This document shows positions 17,243 through 24,411 of a stretch of DNA of 64,000 nucleotides, one piece after another. The notes beneath the pieces were generated by a model. The model saw only the letters and a program-made list of their open reading frames with translations. It was not told the origin of the DNA and ran no database searches. Within the stretch, counting starts at the first letter, position 1; every line of letters begins with the position of its first letter. The DNA is from a virus, in IMG/VR virus record IMGVR_UViG_3300047160_018755, positions 118,280 through 182,279 of that record. One strand, 5' to 3'. Position numbers and translations under genes: made by a program.

Positions 17243-18217
17243 TTACTTGAGCAGGTGGGCGATCTGGTCGACCTTCACCTTGCCGAGGTCGAAATCGACG
17301 ACGAGCGTCTTCTCCGACTTGGACAGGGTTCCGGCAACGACCTTCTCACGGAGCTTCGCGCGAACCTGCTCGCGCGACATCTGGGTCACATCGGCGGCGG
17401 GGGCCGCGGCGGGGATGTCGGCGGCGAACTTCACCGACTTGCGGAGGGGAGCCTCCAGGACGTGCTTGACGGCCTTGACGAGCGGGAGGACCGCCTCCTG
17501 CACCTTCGCGTTGATCTCGGCCGTGATCTCGGCCTCGCTCTTGTGGAGCGACTCGCCACCCTTGACCTTCGAGAGGTCGCCGTTGGCCTTGGGATCGTTG
17601 CTCATGCCCGACTCCGCCTTCAGCGCGGGCGCCGGAGCGCTCGCATCCGCGGGGGGAGCCGACGCCGCCGGGGGCGGCGCGCCAGCAGAGGCATCCGGGC
17701 CCGCCGGAGGCGGGGCGCCAGCGCCAGCGTCCGCACCAGCACCCGCGAGGGTCTGCATGAGGACCTGCTTGAGGCACATGTAGTGCAGCTTCTGGTCTTC
17801 CGGCGAGAGCTTCGAGTACTCCGCCATCAGAGCCTGCGGGTCGATCGGACCCTGGTCGGCCGCGGGGTCACCGCTGCCGTCCGGAGACGCCGAAGCGTCC
17901 GGAGACGCCGAGCCAGCGTCCGCCGGGGGCGGAGCCGAACCGTCGTCACCCGCGGGCGACGCCGAAGCGTCGGCCGGAGGGCCGTCCGAACCCGTGGCGT
18001 CGGGCGAAGCCGAGGCCGCATCCGGAGACGCCGAGGCCGCGGAGGTGTTGTCCCCCGTGGGATCGGTGTCCGACGCGTCCGACTTGTCGTCCGCCGGGGT
18101 GTCCTCGCCGGGGCGAGCCTTGGCGAGTTCCGACTTCGCGAGATTGCCCAGCTCCTTCTCGACCTCCGCGAGGATGGCCGAGAGCTGGCTCTCGTCGATC
18201 TGTGCAGTGTTGGACAT
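17243..18217 (-). CDS. capsid scaffold-like protein
   Basis: Directly upstream of MCP; acidic Ala/Pro/Ser repeats (DASASP); LAKS, LAKA, LHKS, LVKA, LRKS, LSKS. Confidence 0.6.
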   Translation of the reverse strand: MSNTAQIDESQLSAILAEVEKELGNLAKSELAKARPGEDTPADDKSDASDTDPTGDNTSAASASPDAASASPDATGSDGPPADASASPAGDDGSAPPPADAGSASPDASASPDGSGDPAADQGPIDPQALMAEYSKLSPEDQKLHYMCLKQVLMQTLAGAGADAGAGAPPPAGPDASAGAPPPAASAPPADASAPAPALKAESGMSNDPKANGDLSKVKGGESLHKSEAEITAEINAKVQEAVLPLVKAVKHVLEAPLRKSVKFAADIPAAAPAADVTQMSREQVRAKLREKVVAGTLSKSEKTLVVDFDLGKVKVDQIAHLLK

Positions 18218-18253
18218 GATGTGTTCCTTCCCGTGCTTGGGTGTCGAGGCGAC

Positions 18254-18733
18254 TTACTGCGACGACAGGAGCGGGAAGTAGAGGTCGGGCTCGAAGGACG
18301 CGATCAGCTTGGTGCCGGTGTTGAACGTGGTGATGGTGGGGACGGTGCCGTTCGTCTCCTCCCAGTACTCGACGCGCGTGCCGCGCTTCGAGCAGGTCGA
18401 GGAGAGGGCGAGCCAGTGAGCCTTGCTCACGTAGGCCGCGATGCAGGACGCGTTGCCGCCCGTGCCGGCCTCGACCGCGATCTGGATCACGCTCGGGGTG
18501 TAGACGGGCTGCGTGTTGTTCACGATGTCCTTCTGGAGGTTCCAGTCGCGGGGACGGACGCAGATGAAGACGTTGTCCTCGGTCGTGGCGGCGCTGCCGT
18601 CGTTGAGCGAGATCGTCGCGAAGCCGTTCGCGTCGAAGCCGTCGACGATCGAGGCGTAGCTCGAAACGCGCTGGCGAAGCTCGTCCGAGAGTTCGAGAGC
18701 GAGCTTCTGAGACTTGGTGCTGGTCGATGCCAT
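18254..18733 (-). CDS. putative virion structural protein
   Basis: First gene of the scaffold/MCP unit; CAATCT at 18788-18793 upstream. Confidence 0.5.
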   Translation of the reverse strand: MASTSTKSQKLALELSDELRQRVSSYASIVDGFDANGFATISLNDGSAATTEDNVFICVRPRDWNLQKDIVNNTQPVYTPSVIQIAVEAGTGGNASCIAAYVSKAHWLALSSTCSKRGTRVEYWEETNGTVPTITTFNTGTKLIASFEPDLYFPLLSSQ

Positions 18734-18827
18734 TGAAATTTTCTCCTGTGGGATCTTGGTGCGGGACCGATCCCGCCGTCTTCCATGAGATTGCCGCGCA
18801 CCCGTAACAAAAATCGTGAAAGAGCCC

Positions 18828-18834
18828 TAATCTT
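18828..18834 (+). promoter_or_regulatory. late-type motif TAATCTT
   Basis: Upstream of ATG 18849. Confidence 0.45.
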
Positions 18835-18848
18835 CCAGGGGTTAGCCC

Positions 18849-19235
18849 ATGCCTAACCTGTACGTCTGCTCGGGTTGCAAAAACCCTAAGCCTCGCGGGG
18901 AGTTCCACGAGGCTCATTACACGGACCGCAAGCGCGTCGTGACCTCCCGTTGCCGCGAGTGCCGATCCGAGGACTACTTCACCGACCGTTACGAAACGGT
19001 GTGCGGGCAGTGCCGGCGCCATCGACCGCTGAACCAGAACCGCGTGTGCAAGAAGTGCAACGAGGACTCCGGCCTGCGCGAGTGCCGCGGGGCGTGCGGA
19101 TCGCTCCTACCGGCGCTGCTGTCGTTCGACGGCAAGCGCACGACGTGCAAGTCGTGCCGGAAGCTTAGGCAGCTGCCTTCGGCGTCTTCGGCGGCTTCGG
19201 CAGCGCAGTCGCGACGGTCGGCGATGCCGGCGTAA
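18849..19235 (+). CDS. tandem zinc-finger protein with no recognisable nuclease domain
   Basis: Six CxxC/CxxxC pairs; repeats resemble the N-terminal finger of the endonuclease at 12727. Confidence 0.6.
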   Translation: MPNLYVCSGCKNPKPRGEFHEAHYTDRKRVVTSRCRECRSEDYFTDRYETVCGQCRRHRPLNQNRVCKKCNEDSGLRECRGACGSLLPALLSFDGKRTTCKSCRKLRQLPSASSAASAAQSRRSAMPA

Positions 19236-22200
19236 CGGTCTGGTGGACCGCGTGCTGGCCAGCATCGTGGATCGGCAGCGGACCTTCATGACCCGGCATC
19301 AGTGAGTGGGCGAGGTTCGGCACCTGGCCGACCTTGTACTGGCGCTTGTCGCCCATGATGCCGAGCTTCTTGCCCATCTGGCGCATCGCTGAGGGCTGCG
19401 CGACCTTCTGCTCCTTCGCCTTGTAGAGCGCGAGGTCGGCGGACGCGGGGTCCGGGCCGAAGCCGAAGGACATGCTCATCTTGTGCTGGCCGCCGAGAGG
19501 GGCGAGCGAGTTGAGCTTGTCGCTCAGCGCACGGTGGAACTGCGCCGCGTGCTCGTGGCTCGGGACGTGCGCGATGAATTCGTCGCCGCCGTTGCGCCAG
19601 AGCTTGCCGTTCTCCTTGCCCACGGTCTCGTCCATCGCCTCACGAGCGGCGTTGCCGAAGGCCTTGATGGCGGAGTCGCCGCCCGCGTGGCCGAACTTCT
19701 CGTTGATCGCGCGGAAGTCGTTGCCGTCCATCTGAATGTACGCGCCGGTCTTGCCGCCCGGGTTCTGCTTCAGGTGGTCGGTGAACGCGAGCTTGTTGCC
19801 GAGCCCCGGAACCATGGGGTCCGAGAAGAAGTGCTTCGTGGCGATGTCGCCCGAGCCCTTCGGCATGGCGCCACGAGCTTCCGCATCGCGGATGTGGCGC
19901 ACCAGCTCGTGCGGCTCCATCTCCGCCGGATCCGCCTTCATGAGCGACTCGAACGCGGCCTCCGCCTTCATGACGGAGTCGAACTGGCTCTTCTGCTTCG
20001 CCTTGTACGAGATCTTGGCGGCACCGGACTTGTGGTTTTCGAGGATCTTCTGCACCTCGGGCTGCGACAGCTTCTCGCCATCGAGCAGGTAGTGCCCGTC
20101 CTTCACTTCGAGGGTGTGCGGCTTGTCGTGGCCGGCACGCTTGTACTCGAAGACCGACGGCGGACGCGGGAGACGTGCGTTGTTCTGCATCTTCTCCGGG
20201 TGCGCGTGCTCGCGGAACTTGTCGTTCTGACCGTCCATCGTCTCGACCTCGACACGGACGTGTGGAGACATCTTGAGTCCGTGCAGCTTCGTCAGGCCCT
20301 GGATGGTGAGCGGTCCCTCAGGCAGAGTCGCCCCGATGAGGCCGTGGTAGTCTTCGAGGTGGTGAACCTGGCCCTGGTGCAGGACGAAGCGGCCCGCGAG
20401 GTGCTCGGTGTTGCCGTGGTCCTTGTCCTTGAAGAACACGGAGTGCACAGTCGGCACGTTCGGGTCCGAAATCTTGGCGACCTGCATGTCGTGGACGTTC
20501 TTGCGCAGCTGGATGCCGAGGTTCTCGATCTGCATCGACTTCGCGAAGTCCGACAGGTCGTCGTGCTTCTCGCGGTACTCGGCCATCTCGTAGAGGTGTG
20601 GGACGATGTGCTGGTAGTACATCATCATCGCCGGGATCTCGCCGAACTCCTGCTGGTACGCGAGGAAGAGCGCGACGAGCTTGCCCATCATGTGCTCGTC
20701 CGGCTCCTTGTCGGAGAACGCGTTCTTCTTGAGCTGGGGCGCCTCGCTGCCGAACACGCGCTCCATCTGCTTCCACATGGCCGAGTGCGTGCTCAGCTCG
20801 TTCTGCGAGGCGGTCGTGTCGATGCCGCGGGCCTTCTCGTCACGGGGGATGGTCGCCCAGTGCAACCAGAAGCCCGGACCAACAGCGTCCTCGTTGTCCT
20901 TGAAGTGCTTGCCCGCCACCGGGTCCTGCGCGATCGAGCGCGGCGCCGGGTGGTTCTTGGCGTACCAGCGATCCATCGCCTCCAGGATGTGGTGGTTGCC
21001 GGCGCGCCACAGGCCTGTCTTCAGGTACTGGAGCGTGCGACCGTCGGTCGCGTTGTCCATCCCGAACATGTGGCGGATGTAGTGCGTGTCGTGCACGGCG
21101 GCGTTCGAGCCACCGGTCAACAGAAAGGCGTATCGTCCCGTCTTCGGGGCCAGCCCGGGGACAGGAGTGCCCTCGTACTTCGGGAACTTCTCGTGCAGAG
21201 CACGGTTCACGAAGGGAGAGAGCTTGTCTTGGAGGCCGGCGTCCGTCGCCTCCTGCTTGAACTTCGCGCGGTACCAGCGCTTGCCCGTCAGGCGCGAGGC
21301 GGAGTACTTCGCGATGCTGGGGTGCTCTTTGTACTCGTCCGGGTTGAAGTCGGTGTCGTCGTTGCCCGTGAGCATGCGCGGATCGAAGGGAAGCGGCGCA
21401 TCGTCATCGTCGTCAGCGCCCGGCTCACGCTCGGCCGGAGCCTGACCCTTCTTCGTGAACTTGCCAGCAGCGTTCGCCTCGTTCATCTTCTGGTCGACGT
21501 AGTTCTTGTGGTCGTCGGTCAGACCCGCGGCAGCCGCCTGCGCCTTCAGCTTCTTGCGGAAGGCGTTGCGCTGGTTCTTCCACTGGATCTCCTTCACCTT
21601 GTGCTGCATCAGCTCCGCAGTGGCGGCGCGTGCATCGGTGCCGTGCTTCTGGATCAGCTCCATCATCGTCGGGTGGAGCTTGTGGTACTGGGCGATGTTG
21701 TCGAACTTGTTGTTCGCCAGCATGAAGGACTTCACGTCACCGACCTTGCGGCGACCGCCTTTCTCGCTGTCGCTGCTCAGGAAGTTGCCCTTGTCGTTGG
21801 CATACTCCTCGGTGTCGTTCTTCGGGAGGTTGTTCGCCTTGTCGCGAGCCTTCCAGTCCTTGCGGAGCTTGCGAAACTCAGGGTCCGCCGGGTCGAGGCC
21901 ATGCTCCTGCCAGCTGTCGTAGAGGTGGCCCTCCATCAGCTGCTGGACGGAGACCGGCGTGTTCGGCGACATGGCCGACATGAGGTACGCGATCTTGACG
22001 ATGTCCGGCGGAAGCGTCTTCGCTTCGAGATTTTGCTTGTTGCGGACGAATCCAGGCAGAACCTTGCTGCGGATGAACTCCTTGATCTCGGGAGTCTCCA
22101 ACATCTTCGCGAATTCGGGGTTCGGACCGTTGTGCGGGATCTGATTCATGTCCGCACCTGGCGCCACGTGCAAAACGCCGTTGTGGTAGAAGGGCGAGAG

Positions 22201-23478
22201 CTTCGCGAGCGGGTGAGTCTTCTGCTCGAAGCCCGTGTCGGGGTTGTACATCGGGAAAGAGCCCTTGCGCGTGTGCAAGATGCCCTTTTGCTCGTCGAAC
22301 ACCCACTTGTTGGTCTTCACCTTCGGCGCAGCGACCGGAACGCCTCGAATCGAGGCCACGGCGAGCTTCACCGGGTTGTCATCGGGCTCCTCGGGCTTCG
22401 CAACCTTCGGCGCAGCGACCTTGCCGGTCTTTTTCGGAGTTTTTGCCGGTTTCGGAGCCGCGGAAACGGGCTTGGGCGCTGCCTTTTTCGGCGTCGCGGC
22501 CGGTTTCTTGCCGATCTTGGCTGCCGGTGTGGCCGAAGGCTCCTTTTTCGCGAGGTGCTGCTTCTTGACGTGGTAGTCCTCGACCACATCCGTGAAGTGA
22601 TCGATGAAATCGTCGCTCGCCTCGGGCATCAGCGTCTTCGCGAAGCCGCGGAACTCGCTGCGGTTGAAGACCTCCATGTAGCCGCCCTCGGAGAGCTTCT
22701 GGATCAGGTCTCCGGTCGTCCACTTCTTCGCCTTGCCGGGCTTCTTCGGGCCGAGATCTTCCTTCTGGAGAGCCGCGCCGCCTTCGAGAGCACTCGGGGC
22801 GGCCGAAGCGGTGCCCGCGGCGAGCGCCTTGCTCAGGTCGTCGACCATCGGGTCTCCGACCGTGCCCCACGAGCTGCCGAGGCGCTGGAACATCGGATCG
22901 GTCTCACTCTTCTCGGCGTCGGAGAAGTCGAGGAGGTCACGCACCTTCGTCTTGACGTGCTTCTTCTCGAATCCCTCGGGCGCGTTCGGATCTTCGATGA
23001 GTCCCGACACCGCCGTGCGGTTGCAGGGCTTCACGGTGACGGCCACGCGACGCACGACGGACTCCGCGAGGCGGTTGTCCTCCTTCTTGAGCGTCGCACC
23101 TTCGACCGAGTAGCGGCAGACGATGGGCTCGTTGTTCGCGGCGTGATCGCGGATGATGGCGGCGATGCGCTTCGCCTCTTCGTGGCCGGCGCCGTCATAC
23201 AGACGGCAGACGCCGTAGATGTACGGAAGTTTGATCTCGTCCCAGTAGCGCCGCTGGCGGTCGTTTTCGCAGTCGTCGCGCTTGTAGATCTTCTTCGCCT
23301 TGAGGACGATGCCGACCAGGGTGGTCGCGCTCTTGTCACCGGGGGTGTGCTCCCAGTTCAGAAGACAGGTGCCCTTCTCGACATCGGAAATGTCAGCGCC
23401 CGCGACGTCGAGGACTTCGCCCGAGGAATCGATGGCCTCGGAACCGAGGACACCGTCAATCATCATGCCGGTTGACAC
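19165..23478 (-). CDS. prohead protease fused to an HhH-GPD glycosylase-like domain and a C-terminal GGDEF diguanylate cyclase
   Basis: N-terminal DSSGEVL, LNWEH, YSVEG, TVKPCN (HK97-type protease); VPGLAPKTG...HDTHYIRH at 21061-21162; SDPMVPGLGNK, MDGNDFRAINEKFGHAGGD, RNGGDEF (19576-19590), SFG, ADLALYKAK. Confidence 0.8.
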   Translation of the reverse strand: MSTGMMIDGVLGSEAIDSSGEVLDVAGADISDVEKGTCLLNWEHTPGDKSATTLVGIVLKAKKIYKRDDCENDRQRRYWDEIKLPYIYGVCRLYDGAGHEEAKRIAAIIRDHAANNEPIVCRYSVEGATLKKEDNRLAESVVRRVAVTVKPCNRTAVSGLIEDPNAPEGFEKKHVKTKVRDLLDFSDAEKSETDPMFQRLGSSWGTVGDPMVDDLSKALAAGTASAAPSALEGGAALQKEDLGPKKPGKAKKWTTGDLIQKLSEGGYMEVFNRSEFRGFAKTLMPEASDDFIDHFTDVVEDYHVKKQHLAKKEPSATPAAKIGKKPAATPKKAAPKPVSAAPKPAKTPKKTGKVAAPKVAKPEEPDDNPVKLAVASIRGVPVAAPKVKTNKWVFDEQKGILHTRKGSFPMYNPDTGFEQKTHPLAKLSPFYHNGVLHVAPGADMNQIPHNGPNPEFAKMLETPEIKEFIRSKVLPGFVRNKQNLEAKTLPPDIVKIAYLMSAMSPNTPVSVQQLMEGHLYDSWQEHGLDPADPEFRKLRKDWKARDKANNLPKNDTEEYANDKGNFLSSDSEKGGRRKVGDVKSFMLANNKFDNIAQYHKLHPTMMELIQKHGTDARAATAELMQHKVKEIQWKNQRNAFRKKLKAQAAAAGLTDDHKNYVDQKMNEANAAGKFTKKGQAPAEREPGADDDDDAPLPFDPRMLTGNDDTDFNPDEYKEHPSIAKYSASRLTGKRWYRAKFKQEATDAGLQDKLSPFVNRALHEKFPKYEGTPVPGLAPKTGRYAFLLTGGSNAAVHDTHYIRHMFGMDNATDGRTLQYLKTGLWRAGNHHILEAMDRWYAKNHPAPRSIAQDPVAGKHFKDNEDAVGPGFWLHWATIPRDEKARGIDTTASQNELSTHSAMWKQMERVFGSEAPQLKKNAFSDKEPDEHMMGKLVALFLAYQQEFGEIPAMMMYYQHIVPHLYEMAEYREKHDDLSDFAKSMQIENLGIQLRKNVHDMQVAKISDPNVPTVHSVFFKDKDHGNTEHLAGRFVLHQGQVHHLEDYHGLIGATLPEGPLTIQGLTKLHGLKMSPHVRVEVETMDGQNDKFREHAHPEKMQNNARLPRPPSVFEYKRAGHDKPHTLEVKDGHYLLDGEKLSQPEVQKILENHKSGAAKISYKAKQKSQFDSVMKAEAAFESLMKADPAEMEPHELVRHIRDAEARGAMPKGSGDIATKHFFSDPMVPGLGNKLAFTDHLKQNPGGKTGAYIQMDGNDFRAINEKFGHAGGDSAIKAFGNAAREAMDETVGKENGKLWRNGGDEFIAHVPSHEHAAQFHRALSDKLNSLAPLGGQHKMSMSFGFGPDPASADLALYKAKEQKVAQPSAMRQMGKKLGIMGDKRQYKVGQVPNLAHSLMPGHEGPLPIHDAGQHAVHQTVTPASPTVATALPKPPKTPKAAA

Positions 23479-23500
23479 CCCCAGAAGATTGTGGTAGCCT
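23472..23500 (+). promoter_or_regulatory. host sigma70-type promoter TTGACA-N17-TAGCCT (extended TG)
   Basis: Perfect -35 and 17 nt spacer; ATG 23509 lies 8 nt downstream; the spacer contains the opposite-strand late motif. Confidence 0.7.
23485..23491 (-). promoter_or_regulatory. late-type motif CAATCTT for the protease polyprotein
   Basis: CAATCT 7 nt before GTG 23478. Confidence 0.6.
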
Positions 23501-23508
23501 GATCCTAA

Positions 23509-23826
23509 ATGCCCACTCTCACCGAGGAAGATCCCGAATACCCATCGAAGGTTGCGGAGTTTTGCGCCAAGAACGGCCTGAAGGAGCTACCCTTCGGCTT
23601 CATCGTCGCCCACGGCCACTTGGTGGCCACCACGTCGGTCGCCGAGCGCCGAGAGCACTCAGCCGCGCTGAGCCCGGTACTCGTCGTGGTCGAGGGAGAC
23701 GAACTTGATCATCCCAGCCCCGTCGAACCCGTACCCGCGGGCCATGCCGGTGAGGCTGCACCGACAGTGGGGGTGCAGGCCGCTGACGCTGGGAGTGTCG
23801 GTGCCGCGGTCATGGTATCCGGTTGA
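23509..23826 (+). CDS. small early-type hypothetical protein, antisense within the head operon
   Basis: Own sigma70 promoter; the first ~50 codons fill the intergenic gap and the rest overlaps MuF. Confidence 0.5.
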   Translation: MPTLTEEDPEYPSKVAEFCAKNGLKELPFGFIVAHGHLVATTSVAERREHSAALSPVLVVVEGDELDHPSPVEPVPAGHAGEAAPTVGVQAADAGSVGAAVMVSG

Positions 23827-24411
23827 CACCTCGGACATCTTGAACACCCGGGGCGTCTTCCCGTCCGGGAGGAGATGGACCCTCTTGCACTCTTTGCAGA
23901 GGTCATTGTCCCGTACGGGAATGAAGAACACGTACGGGTCCTCGTTGCCGATGACGTCACCTGCACGAGCAACACCTTCGAGGGTCGCCATGTTCCGCGC
24001 GGTCGTGCCCTCGGTGTCCACGATCGAAACGACCGCAGCTGTGGTCTGATCCCACACCGGCTCCAGCTCGCTCATGAGGACGTCTTCGAGCGGCGCCTCC
24101 GGGTCCTTGTTCAGGGCCGTATGCACAGCGTGGACGACGCGAGCCTTCGTCCTCTCCGCTTCCGCGTCGAGGTAGCCCTCCGCAATGACCGTCAGGTTGT
24201 GGAGCATCTTCTCGTTCGGCTCCATCGCCTCTTCAGCGGCGGCCGAGCGGTAGAGACCGGGCAGTGAGTAGCGCTTGATGTGCTTCTTGACGTCCGCCTC
24301 GTCCTTGAAGTAGCCCGGACCGAGGACGCGACCTTTGATGCGAGTGAAGACCCTGTCGACCGTGGTGTGGATCAGCCGCAGTGCTCGCTTCGTGAGAGTG
24401 AGCAGAGGCAT
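23659..24411 (-). CDS. MuF-like minor head morphogenesis protein
   Basis: DNDLCKEC...GLHPHCRCSL; follows the portal. Confidence 0.75.
   Translation of the reverse strand: MPLLTLTKRALRLIHTTVDRVFTRIKGRVLGPGYFKDEADVKKHIKRYSLPGLYRSAAAEEAMEPNEKMLHNLTVIAEGYLDAEAERTKARVVHAVHTALNKDPEAPLEDVLMSELEPVWDQTTAAVVSIVDTEGTTARNMATLEGVARAGDVIGNEDPYVFFIPVRDNDLCKECKRVHLLPDGKTPRVFKMSEVSTGYHDRGTDTPSVSGLHPHCRCSLTGMARGYGFDGAGMIKFVSLDHDEYRAQRG

Noticed and set aside
17640-18120. GACGCC/DASASP-type repeats in the scaffold as a DNA repeat element
   Set aside because: In-frame low-complexity protein linker
19660-19730. Hypr-type (3,3-cGAMP) GGDEF
   Set aside because: The specificity position in GHAGGD is Asp, as in canonical DGCs, not Ser/Thr
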